IMG/VR virus record: IMGVR_UViG_3300043568_002015
Location: 1-62,080 of that record
Strand: one strand, 5' to 3'
Length of the DNA stretch: 62,080 bases
Source of the DNA: a virus
Lineage: Duplodnaviria > Caudoviricetes
Part shown: piece by piece, positions 23,801 to 31,400 of the stretch
Position numbering within the stretch: position 1 is the first letter of the stretch
Layout: every line of letters starts with the position of its first letter
The notes under the pieces: generated by a model
Databases searched by the model: none
What the model was told of the DNA's origin: nothing
The model's input: only the letters and a program-made list of their open reading frames with translations
Translations under genes and position numbers: made by a program

Positions 23801-24624
23801 GTTAAGGTACTTAATAGTTGACCCTGCAACTGTCGGTATCCTAAATTTGTACTGCCATCAACTGTGGCAACCAGACTCATACGTGTGTAATAGTCTTGTG
23901 CAGTGGGTTGTGGCACACGGAAAGTAATGATACCCTGATCAGTTCCGTTGTTTTCCACGCCCACTATTGTGCGTGTTGTAAGGTTATTTTGTCGTGGTCG
24001 ACGACCGCTCGTGCCAGGGTAACTCTGAATCCAGAATGGATATCCAGGTTGGTCTACCACAAATGTATAAATGCCACCATGTGCTAATTTCAGCGTGGGA
24101 TTATCCACAGTACCATAACCATCAATATTGTATGTGCCACTGACTGGATCACGTGTCACTGTAAATTGGCGTTCAGTATCGACGTTGGCGCCATATATAT
24201 CCACTGCGTCTGGTCCGTCGGGCAACCAATAATATTGGTTGAAGTTAACCAATTTATCAAAATCAAATAGACCATCAAAACTATAACTTTCGCTGGCAAA
24301 TAGACGACTATGATCGTCTATCAATCCACCATCGTGTTTAATCTGCTGCAATAGGTCAATGTAGCTACTGAAAAAATTCACATTACCATTGGCATCTTTT
24401 ACTACAACACTGGGCTCAAGTTGGTAATTTCGACGCAGAGCAGAGGGCTCTGGCTGATAATTATCTGAGCTTTTGAATGTGGGAGCATTGGTTCGGCCAA
24501 CATACCCATTGATACGCTGTAGGTTGGGAGGAGTTACCAGCTGATCCAGCGTTGCGTTTAGAAACTTTTGGTTAGTATCTGTACGGAATACGCTGGGTAA
24601 AAAATTAATGGTTTTAATGGCCAT
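11806..24624 (-). CDS. Giant baseplate wedge-like/virion protein (4272 aa) with FG-GAP-like beta-propeller repeats
   Basis: Uninterrupted ORF immediately after gp6 (gp7-like position); FGSSL..LYVGAP...GRVYVY repeats; EVKPYRT motif. Confidence 0.7.
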   Translation of the reverse strand: MAIKTINFLPSVFRTDTNQKFLNATLDQLVTPPNLQRINGYVGRTNAPTFKSSDNYQPEPSALRRNYQLEPSVVVKDANGNVNFFSSYIDLLQQIKHDGGLIDDHSRLFASESYSFDGLFDFDKLVNFNQYYWLPDGPDAVDIYGANVDTERQFTVTRDPVSGTYNIDGYGTVDNPTLKLAHGGIYTFVVDQPGYPFWIQSYPGTSGRRPRQNNLTTRTIVGVENNGTDQGIITFRVPQPTAQDYYTRMSLVATVDGSTNLGYRQLQGQLLSTLTDSLGGIDGLKSQLLNKTFIFTNQDIDDVQWTISSNVSGINTPIDPALVVPVEDRRGVWRINLVANGSGDFTIDLQTNIAVANNQKVYVKGGVERGEFTYYLDPDAQAFLPVPDITAPSAVLYYQDGAIATMVGSMDVVSVSNSTINVDNEILGRTNYTSPNGVKFTNGLKVRFDTSAIPNSYDSKIYYVDGVGTGIKLLPITDFLTPEDYAVNGVESQDYITINRGSMDLNGWSRSNRWFHIDVIISTASYNNVELILDQASRANRPIIEFDADIQLFNFGRVAKAPIDILYLDPIDAFEDIELETTYVLDGVTLQDGMRVVFANDFDPNITNKIYTINIELINGVNIINLVLADDYEIQPYNNLVVLQGTSQGKEFYYDGADWIESQAKTGINQTPLFDVIDTNGYSITDATIYPDSDFTGTKIFSYKLGNGNNDSVLGFPLSYRNFNQIGDIQFVNNFDTDVFSYTDNSNTSLNRNLLRKNISLTQYTPRNIWTTTSEPSKQFQIIESVYNGTTAGIPFDITANASGQLPYFRVYKNSIELSVSQYSLLTIGVRKFVDITNSSPALGDHYDILIYSDTVSGLGYYEVPKNLDYNTENKNFTDLTLGQLRNHLTTIVGNSNRIVGNALGSNNIRDVPVKQQGGSIVQHASPVLYSELFLVDHDTNFLKGLNLARHEYSNIKNKFLELSATMSGLDLTDAVVTTDVILKKINEVKNRTFPWYYSDMVPYGDTKNVIEYPIVNAEIRGYEITSIFDDFALSNRGTLVYINNVQLVKGLDYTFDTTRAGFTIAADYPLNAGDTLTIVEYENTDGNYIPETPTKLGLYPKFRPSMYLDNTYREPVMVIQGHDGSITPAFGDFRDDLLLEFEKRIYNNIKADYTANDFDLHNYIPGKFRTQNYSYSEFNRLLTSPFLKWAGSNRVDFTNNTYFDAGDPFTWNYRRFRDSVNGEQLTGAWRSIFKYMFDTDRPHQCPWEMLGFSEQPDWWETRYGPAPYTGGNLVLWEELSRGYIHAGPRAGVDSRFARPVLLNFIPVDEFGQLRSPDQFLVRGFNSNDANASYAVGDQGPVETAWRRSSDFPFALQQAIAISQPGYYFGTLMNVTRYYKNTVLGQYVLSDTLRRITSTEIDINGDATGLTVVRSAGYINWVADYLKNQGIDPVTKLTTYFNNVKVQLAYKMAGFSDPTLLEVIAEQSSPTSTNSGVVIPAENYNLALYKSTPINTIVYSAVIVEKSANGYTVSGYDQDNPYFTIIPSLANNNAYGIKVNSDTGVIYNDFQQYKLTVPYGYEFTNKQQIVDFLISYERYLRAIGMVMTEFDRDYEIQRDFKLSIREFLLWSQQGWKETNILVLSPILNKLTLTVDSGTVDAIVNTPDGARILDTGFGFIRKNQFTVTRTDNRFTVTANQGQTIALATLNVVEYEHVLIFDNTTVFNDIIYKPELGNRQYRLKLVGSKTGGWRGEMNPPGFIYNNPIIDEWLPGVDYNKGSLVTFKGLYYAALSDLVATPDFIINDWRQIPGDQVKSGLLPNFSYNAQRFNNVFDIDNPEPTLGMEDFSQGMIGFSPRQYMTDFGIDKTTQAKFYQGFIKEKGTINAINAFTAAGFNGVTSTINLYEEWALRTGEYGAIENNQYVELQLDEASFTGDPATFTLLPNNGSSTDNIIGITPDLLYRNTSSYTPEIYLNRDDTSIYENDILAAGYVNENDVDATIYDIGNYRSLNSKLSQVTIGYKIWCAKDFGGNWNVYRVYETGAAIISMTYGVDNSVEVTTKKSHDLYYGDLIVIKGFDDRFDGFYQVININSAVSINIIMTGSTLDQLMNAQTVTGLAPIMRLQSQRLKSPTNLADITPAKTWKDNDKLWVDDNGDGVWAVYNKSTPWSAANLTTSGMNLTGNTYVSDSGYGSVAAISSDGNFAAAGMPNVMNGNVAVFVANVTNGNVLSQIANIGTTDTITRFGSSLDIRGNLLYVGAPGTSAQYGRVYVYSFNGNTTVTQIQRLTSNWGSNTGNQFGYSISASSDNTWLFVGAPNSGNVEVFHANANNYYTYANTISVGSYANVAFGSIVKTTSDASQTIISAPYEAINSISAAGAVYVYDRSIETFTANGRTAFFTQQPITSSTVRVGINGVEQTAGFTSNATAINFTTAPMVGMDVTIETNKFQLMEKLAAPSLTSGAGFGGAADISGNDADIYVSSPGYSEPGYHSGLVYRFVNTGERYGEVLATATLPLVKVGDSFRINGRLITFGANSVGSTVGNIQSITANINSANIAGITATVTLYDTITITSNIVSAVDKLVLTPGNNSNVFANLGITVYTNLQTIRHLGQDDINGFGTQLSINPSGNSLIVSGPGSTTYNNLTIDAETTLLDQGATTFLDPIPSAGAVYVYGLVSGALSGGAQDQMTFVQRLQNSILTAYDQFGSSLASSHDTLLIGAPGDDNTVIYADPETGALTRAINAGTYYTYYNFTGNVGWDTISSQTPKVDIDSITRMYLFDTVSNSILTNLDHIDPAKGKLLGQAEQDIDFWTAYDPAVYNSAGATDYVSNDVSVNLDHTWGATQVGKTWWNLDLVRFLDYEQGSLPYRASNWATMFPDSQIQIAEWIVSSELPGQYTGDGTPLYPIDNSAFVSETYVDPATKIIRSRYYYWVINKTSVDTNITARRNSIVTLEDMIRSPQTQGIPYAAVVRNDTISLYNISNYITGNTTVLHMDYDYVKNDNIIHSEYQLIQEGNANSDIPERIVNKLRDSLAGRDQYNRAVPDTTLPIQSNVGIDRGQTIFVDRIAAVKSWVAYVNTVLLTVPVVNDFIIDRLYSSEALPIAEDYDLTVDSYEELGYIDVNGLQSGYVVLVINDETQQGLWSTYTLAISGATAAFTLTTTQSYYTPFYWSKIDWYDSTYEYTVKPTYQVATIADIQTLTLSSGNTVKVLNNGRGQWEVYRYDDTLTESLVGVQSGTIQLNSNLYDGSPESQYEIRIIFDTLQNDIFRERLAGKFNEMFFFLINYILTEQKTVDWIFKTSFVSIVHQLRKLEQFPNYIRDNQTYYESYINEVKPYRTSLREYLLDYQGSDTYTHDVTDFDLPSTYDSELGKYRSPDLTMDKDVTTVSTTAIYKDWYANYGYGIGSIDVVNAGDTQDIPVITLGLWNAATTVNAGDYVTQPSTGANGRVYINSVDTIMTLQEVTGAFTNIIEQLTLSANTNVWVGNVVTQLSTGAYGDVYYTSTGNIVTISNVVGAFDTTAAANTYLYRDSANLAANVTAISIDNAYIFRNGANLQVNVGDINSYTLQSGGYYEVPQVTVTGGGGTGANVIAHLDVLTNTISRFEIIKPGTGFTSQPTININGTGSGALAYAHLVGEYYIDSLPTTDLTISSNVTVYTGNVVFQPNTVSQGTVYADVINGNVISLIDTAGTFNNGNLLYLADSNLATSVTAVNSYTQFIDKSYNKVRTFNSNLKFDRVSYTSSIIDWASNVTIAANANVRYAGAAWQAKANVYSTTTMKLNGNITANVGDYITQANANGNARVVTAITGANVITVGNLTGAYYARGGNIRINGTASNVRPATVNNIFDYSQYTKIGAGDFDNANDRIMAYYAPGEGMPGRDLHKLVYGVEYPGVQVQGVKFNAFSSNITSNILSYHHNNLSLISSNISVFDFTTTEYATGEYLTVSNLDLPVSANLTFKIVNITNDRLQLSEIAGTTFSIAHGSNVALRYYDDNDPINLDSSIQSAYMDSALGTRAEDINIDGGAYYDTFSSHAPEELVPGQTFDHLGIKVYTKLFSNTQIVAYRMVSNTIANSSGTNASLWPQYYKIANTSVLSANLNLTDTSISVANASVFSTPNIAYNTPGVIYINSEKIVYWRNYATESKIAWAANAVISTGSLITHSGNIYLTSGNVYSTTFANIAANVTQVSANTLAQIRRGADKTGTPLVHIAGSTVEDSGVTSLIPSSGSTNGNVHLGTWLNLNPDTAQRSFITDSGDFMTNEADAYITTTYSADFLEGSGLENSDTVQAVFLRGS

Positions 24625-24627
24625 GGT

Positions 24628-27600
24628 TTACCCGTTTAATCCTGCTAAGGTTTGATTTAGTTGTGATGCTGTAATTGCTGAAATAATTTGTACATTGTCC
24701 ACGGTGGCTGCGCTTATGATAATTTCATCAGGGTTGGCGTTGATCTGCATCAATCCACCGAATGCAATATTTGTACTGGCCGGTACTATGATAATACTGG
24801 CAATATTGGGACTCAGAGCATTGTGCAGGTACGTACTCAACTCACTGAAGTAAAAAGGTTCACCAAAATCCCAATTGGCCGTGTCAAAATATGTATTGAT
24901 TGCTGCGACCACACTGGTCTTTACATCGTTATCACTGACGTTAACATTGGGATTTTTAACTATCTTAAAGGTAGCTTGTAATTCCAAGGGTGCTTTGTCA
25001 CCAAACACTGGTTTATATCGACCACTGTTGTAGACTATAGTATCGCTCAATGCTTTGAGATTTTCCAGACTTGTGCTACCAGAGCCATATGTCAGTTTTA
25101 ATGACTCACCATCTGGTATGCTGGGCTCAGATACCGTATTGCTGCTGTCACGAATCCAACTCAGGTAATCTGCGCTGTATTGTTTGGTCAATATATACAG
25201 ATCCATGATGTTATTGGGACTGGGGTCAATGCGTCGATCATTCGGTGCATTGTGTCGATATTGAAAGTATAGACTGCTGCGACCAACACGAGCAATGTAG
25301 GCAGTGGATTCTATTATGGGATTTGCTGCACCGTAATAATCGTAAACATAAAATTTATTTTCAGAGGTTGCATAAAATAATTGTGCATCTGGGTATAAAG
25401 TTTTATTGGCATTGATGGCCGCCTCCGTCGCATAGTCAGCAACCACGGACACATTCTCCAATGGAGTATAGGTAATGAAGTTATTGGTATCAACTACTTC
25501 GTTGAAAAATACATATTTTTTGTTGGGATTAGTAGTTGGATCAACAGTGGTTGCAAACAGGTCAGGATCATCAGGAATACCATCATAGTCACTGTCAGTA
25601 AATGTGACATATACTTTGGTTGTATTTTCGTAGCCATCCTGATCGATCACTGCTTTATTGATGTACCAGGTCTGATCTTGCGCCAATGGGTCTGTGCTAT
25701 CGGGTTGTGAATTGATTTTTAATATTTTAACCTGATCGCGAATGGTCAGTCCAGTGCGACTATCATACACTTTAGTACGTGGGTCAAAATGGAACCGAGT
25801 CTCAGCCAAACTTTCAAATATATATCCCAAGCTACGGTATGAAAAATTATAGCTGGCACCATTATAGACAAAGCTCAATATCCAGCTGGCATCTAAATTA
25901 CTGCTGGCGGTATTTCCTTGATTGTCCAGACTAAAATCGCTAGTTGCATCTAGATCAGCTGGTAATATAATTTTCCATGTTTGCGTGACAATATCGTAGC
26001 GTAATCCAAAATTTTTGTAGCTTTGAATCAATTGTACCATCGTGTCTTTTAGTACCACATCAGTTAGTGTATTCTTAAAAACTGGTATGATTTCTGATAT
26101 TATTGCACCCAGTGGCAGATCGTGGCTCAATCTCACCATGTTGCCAGCAGCGGCTGATACTATGGTGGCAAATATGTATTCACGATCACCGGCATAAGTC
26201 ACTGTGCCGGTTTTAATAATATTTTGTGCATTGAAATATTTGCCGGTGCCTGCGCTGAATTTAATCAGGCTGCCTGGAACAACATATTTCAAATTATTTG
26301 CAGTCAATCTCCCTATATCCTGCACTGAGTTACCTACATTGACAAAATATCCAGTGCTGGTGCCAGTGGCAGTGACTCTGGGGCTCCAACTGATATTACT
26401 GACTGTCAATGGAGTGTCACGGAAGTTGGCATAGTAAAAATGTTGAATTTCCGTGCTGGCCAATACCGGAGTAATGACGTTATAGATTACGTTATATACA
26501 TCATTTAGGGTATTAAAAGTAAAATTCAGACTTTTGTTCATTTGCTCACGATACAACCAGCCATCAGCACCAAACACATTGGTACTGCTGTACTTTCCAG
26601 TACTATCCAATACGTCTAGATAACGGCTGGTCCCGCTGCTGCTACGGTTGACTGCTTTTACCTTTAGTATGCTATTGAAATTGGTATAGGGCAGCAGGTT
26701 ATAATCTTCACCAGTAATCATACGGTTTTGCGTATAGTACTGCTGCGGTGCTTTGACACGGATATCATCACTAACTTCACGAATATCTGCATTGGCTACA
26801 GTGTATTGCAAGCTGGCTCGTATAGTCAAAGTCTCAATGCGATTGTTACGGCTGACATAGTTTAGTGGTATAATTACTCCCTGCATTTCATCAGGAGTGA
26901 TTTTATAACGCTGTCCGTTACTCACACGATAATACAGACGGAAGGAACCCTGTGGTTTATTACTGAAACTGCCGTCACCAAACACCAGATCAATCTGGTC
27001 GTTTGTGCGTGTATTAACCTGGTACAAGTTACGATCAGTGGATTTATTGTAGATTACATTGACGCCCGCCACTGCTGGTACCTGAGTCCATAATGTTGCT
27101 ACGCCAGACGGACTTACTTCATATAACCATGTATCAGTATTATTGATGTTGTCCACTGTGGTGCTGACCACACGGTTGGGCAAGCTCTGTGTGAGATTAA
27201 AATCAATGAAGCCCAGGCTGCCTTGTTTAAAATATACAAAGTAACCAGTGTTGTTGCTGGCATTGCCCAGGTTGTCGCTGCGATAGAGAATGTTAAATTT
27301 ACCCGAAGCATTGGGCTCACGCTCATAGATGTAATTCTCATCCATGGTGGTGGCACTCACTGCCTCAAATTCCACTGTATTGCCTTCCACCACAGCATTA
27401 AATTTATAGGTTGGAATAACACCAGAAATTAAATTAATGCTGTATTCATCAGTCTGAATGCCGTTGATAACCTGCGAGTTTGCTGGATTACCCACGACTT
27501 GATTATTGACCATGGCTGCATTCAATATAGCCGTAAACTGTTCACGCCAGTCCATGTTGGTGGTATCGTTCCAGTTGATCAATAAATTACTGAGATTTAA

Positions 27601-28002
27601 TCCATTGCTGTCAGTTACGCCCTCAGTGGTACTGACACTGTCGATTTTCAATACACCTGATGCTGGTACATTACGCTTGGCATTATAGCTGATCAGACGT
27701 GCCAGTTTGAGAATACTGTCGCGACGCTCGGCTGTGTCAAAGAAGAGTTCTCTGGCATTTAGGTCAGTACGGAAGGCTAAACTTTGGCCCAGAAAAGCAA
27801 TCAGATCAATCAGGGCAACATATTCTGAGCTTTCTGTAAAGTCGTTGAAATCTTCGGGGTAATATGTACGCAAGTAATCGATCATGCTCTTGCGTAGCGT
27901 TTCGAAGTCGTAACTCTGGAAGTCGGCTTCTTTGAAGCTCTGATAGACTGTTTTCCAGTCCTGGTTGACTAACAAGTTCGTCTGGCGGGTAGTAATAGCC
28001 AT
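24628..28002 (-). CDS. gp6: Baseplate wedge subunit, T4 gp6-like
   Basis: DFETLR..MIDYL, N-terminal FDTAERRDSILKLA.LISY, LVFGDG, QNRMITGEDY. Confidence 0.85.
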   Translation of the reverse strand: MAITTRQTNLLVNQDWKTVYQSFKEADFQSYDFETLRKSMIDYLRTYYPEDFNDFTESSEYVALIDLIAFLGQSLAFRTDLNARELFFDTAERRDSILKLARLISYNAKRNVPASGVLKIDSVSTTEGVTDSNGLNLSNLLINWNDTTNMDWREQFTAILNAAMVNNQVVGNPANSQVINGIQTDEYSINLISGVIPTYKFNAVVEGNTVEFEAVSATTMDENYIYEREPNASGKFNILYRSDNLGNASNNTGYFVYFKQGSLGFIDFNLTQSLPNRVVSTTVDNINNTDTWLYEVSPSGVATLWTQVPAVAGVNVIYNKSTDRNLYQVNTRTNDQIDLVFGDGSFSNKPQGSFRLYYRVSNGQRYKITPDEMQGVIIPLNYVSRNNRIETLTIRASLQYTVANADIREVSDDIRVKAPQQYYTQNRMITGEDYNLLPYTNFNSILKVKAVNRSSSGTSRYLDVLDSTGKYSSTNVFGADGWLYREQMNKSLNFTFNTLNDVYNVIYNVITPVLASTEIQHFYYANFRDTPLTVSNISWSPRVTATGTSTGYFVNVGNSVQDIGRLTANNLKYVVPGSLIKFSAGTGKYFNAQNIIKTGTVTYAGDREYIFATIVSAAAGNMVRLSHDLPLGAIISEIIPVFKNTLTDVVLKDTMVQLIQSYKNFGLRYDIVTQTWKIILPADLDATSDFSLDNQGNTASSNLDASWILSFVYNGASYNFSYRSLGYIFESLAETRFHFDPRTKVYDSRTGLTIRDQVKILKINSQPDSTDPLAQDQTWYINKAVIDQDGYENTTKVYVTFTDSDYDGIPDDPDLFATTVDPTTNPNKKYVFFNEVVDTNNFITYTPLENVSVVADYATEAAINANKTLYPDAQLFYATSENKFYVYDYYGAANPIIESTAYIARVGRSSLYFQYRHNAPNDRRIDPSPNNIMDLYILTKQYSADYLSWIRDSSNTVSEPSIPDGESLKLTYGSGSTSLENLKALSDTIVYNSGRYKPVFGDKAPLELQATFKIVKNPNVNVSDNDVKTSVVAAINTYFDTANWDFGEPFYFSELSTYLHNALSPNIASIIIVPASTNIAFGGLMQINANPDEIIISAATVDNVQIISAITASQLNQTLAGLNG

Positions 28003-28073
28003 AAAAGAAGTCCCTGATTATATGCTTACCCAGTATTTATTACAGGATTTAAGTAAGCATATTATAGTGACTT

Positions 28074-28454
28074 CTAGACTTGAGAGATGGTCTGGCTGTT
28101 CTTATCAAATTGAACACTGAGGTTGCTGACTTGATTGGTCTGAAGATACACTAGATCTAGTTCAATTTGGATCCCATACTCGTATTCGGTCAGGTTAATA
28201 TTTCGTACACCAATTCTGGGATCGTAGTTGACTACATTTTTAACATCTTCAATAATTTGATTTCTCAACACATCAGTCATGGGCTCAAATATCAGACTCC
28301 AGATTATTGATCCAAAATTGGGCTGCATCAGCTTCTCGCCCTTTTTGATGTTGAAGTTGTTGATTAAGTCTTGTTTGACTAATTCAAAATCAACTGCCCG
28401 AAACTTCTTAGTTCGGTTGTAGGTGCTGAAACCTTTATATAATATATTTGCCAT
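28074..28454 (-). CDS. gp25: Baseplate wedge subunit, gp25-like
   Basis: KGEKLMQPNFGS..W..IFEP...YDPRI; ends in TAG. Confidence 0.9.
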   Translation of the reverse strand: MANILYKGFSTYNRTKKFRAVDFELVKQDLINNFNIKKGEKLMQPNFGSIIWSLIFEPMTDVLRNQIIEDVKNVVNYDPRIGVRNINLTEYEYGIQIELDLVYLQTNQVSNLSVQFDKNSQTISQV

Positions 28455-28464
28455 GGTCTAGTAT

Positions 28465-31400
28465 TTATAGCATACCTTTTATCTGTGCAGCCAGTGTTCC
28501 GTAGTTCGCTGGGTGTACGTTATCCCCACTGGCCGTAAAGCTCACAGTGGCATCACCGTTGCTGGCAGCAAATGCAGACACTACCTGACTGGCAATGCTG
28601 AAATTGGGTAATATCCAGATACACTTTTCAGCACCCAACGCCGATCGTATCTGATTTAATGTACTGGTCAATCTTGCCTGTGCTGCTGGAGTATGGCTAG
28701 TTGGGTAGCTGGCCACAATGTCGTTACTGCCAGCACTGACTACAGCAATTTTAGCCCCAGTCACAGCCGAAACATATGTGGATAATATAGTGGCTGAACT
28801 CGCCCCAACTAATCCACTGACTGTAATGGTGCTATCCAGTTGTTTAAGTGATGCACCTGTTCCCACAGCAATGCTGTCTCCAACTACAACAACACCACCT
28901 TTTCCGCTTGCAGCAGGGTTTGCTGGAGGAGTTGTGTTGGGTTTGGGGGCGTTCAATAACTGTATGTGTACTCGATCAGGGCTGGCCCAATCACCACCCC
29001 ATTTTAGGCCCAGTTCAGCAACTTTGGCTGCACCAACTGCACTGACCACAGTGGCCATCTGTCCGGAATCCATTGCTATGCCGTCACCATGTGTGCCTAC
29101 TTTGGGCACCGGGGTGGTAATGCCCTTGACAGTGGGATTATTGGGCCCACCACCACCAGCTATCCAGGTCTCATACAGCACTGTCTGCTCGTCTTGGGTT
29201 CTAACTGCACTACTGACTGCTATCTTGCTGCCAGTCTTGTCTTTGTATTCCTTACCCAGCAGACATACCTGTGTCTTAAATTCGCCGTTAAGGCTGTCAA
29301 ATCTGGCACGGGTGCCGGACCCCTGGGTAGTGAATATAAATACGTCATCAGGATTAACACCACTGGTGTTCTCTCCGCCCAATCCTGCTGGGCCACCTGC
29401 TGCTGCACCAGCACTGAGAATGTCAATGGCATAACGTCCATGGTTGAAGTAAACCTCTCCCGGCACTCCATTGACATCTTTGAGTTCGCCTTTATCACGC
29501 CATTCTTTGGCTTTGTCTGCACTACGCATCTGGTGTGCTACAAATAACATACCAGCAGCAGTACAGAGGTCATCGCTTTCCTTGATGCCACCATTGGCTT
29601 TCAATGCATCAAAATTTAAACCAAATTCCTTGAATTGTATGTCATCCTGTGTGCTTTTAAATTCTTTAAAGCTATTCTGACTGTTGATCTTGTCCTTGCC
29701 GGTCCAACTGGCATCGTTGGCCAATGTACCGGATTTGTATTGTTCCAACGCTTCTGATTTAATATAAGCACGTTTTTCATCAGCTAGGTAAGGAGCATCA
29801 ACTTGATATTTGCCCAGACGTGGACCAATGGCTTTTGCTTCAGAGGCGGTGGGGTCTTTGATCAGTGCGTAATCCCACTTGCTTTCCATATAGCCCAGTT
29901 CGGCATGCATGGCTTTAGCGTGATTTTGATTCAATGTGGGTTTGCCTGACCCTATACCACCAGGAGGATTAAACGCTGTGTCCTTGGTGAGAAATTCTTT
30001 GGGGCAAGTATCACCACTCACTGATTTGCCAGCAGCATTGGTTATTCCTATATCTTTTTTATCAGTGGCTGCTGCATTGGTAGTACCGCCCTCACCAGTC
30101 TTGACTGGATTTCCAGATCCGTCTTTGACTACTTCTCCAGATCCGCTGCCCAGTGTTCCTTGCGATGTCGTGACCGGGGCAGTATTGGCTGCGGTGGCTG
30201 GACTTGCATTGGCTGAACCGCCACCTGCTTTCTGATCTCGCAAATATTTCCATTGTGCTTTCAAGGACTCTATTGCTTGAGTTGCTGTGCTGTGTGCCTT
30301 GTTGCCACCAATACCACCATAGTATGACATTGATCCATCTGATGTGGCACCTTTGGCTGTTCTCATACCAGCTGGTACACCAATGGATGCCCAACATTGC
30401 GCTGTGGAAAATGCGGCTGCTTGTAATAAAGATGCATTATTTTGATCATTATTGTCAAAATATGCAGCAATGGGTGGTCTGGCAATACGGCATAGGAAAT
30501 TGTTGAATATATAATCTTGTGTTTTTTCGTCATACTTGGTGGCAGTATCTAACTTCAATGCAGATATAGCCGGAGCAAGAGTATTGGGAATAATCTGATA
30601 ACGTCCAGTGGCAAATAGTCGTTGTGCCGGGGTTGTAGATGCCATTTGTGTCTGTATCTCTGCTAATGACATACTTACCAGACTTAGTCTTTCACCACCA
30701 ATACTACCGCTGCCTCGCGGTGCAGTATTGCTGTCGCCACGGTTAAATGCGTTGTATTGTGCTGCCCCTGCTTCATTGTTGGCAATGAAATCACCAAACG
30801 GCCCTGCACCACCTGTATAGTTCATCCCAGACGAATTAGCACCAGGAGTACCGCTCATGGGAGGACAAATGCTGTTCTCCACCTGCTTCTCTGGTGCTGC
30901 GCCCAGTGTGCTGGCGCTACGTGCCCAGGGCTCATGTGCTGGCATTACTCCCACTATACTGCTGGCACCCTTGGCCACAGCGTTCCATAATCGGGATTTC
31001 TGATCATAGCTGGTGTCATCATGTGAATATGCCTGCAAAGTGGCAGGACCAATACTATTACCACCACCGCCGTTATTGAGATCGATGGTGCTGCCATTGA
31101 CTGCAATGGCCCCACTGGCTCCTACAGATATTTGACTGGCCCCCAACGTCATACTGCCACCTGATCCAATATTGACCTTTCCACCATATAGCAGCGCACC
31201 ATTAATACCAGTTAAACTCAATGAGCTTGCACTGACATTAAATCCATTGCCAGCAGCAATATTAAAGTCGCCTTCAGATTGCATCTTGATGGTCTTGGCG
31301 TGCATATTGAGCTCGCCCTCTGTACGTAAATTAAATCCGCCGGAAGTGTATATGTGCATGTGCCCAGACTCTGCCAGCTCAATCCACACCGATCCTTCAC

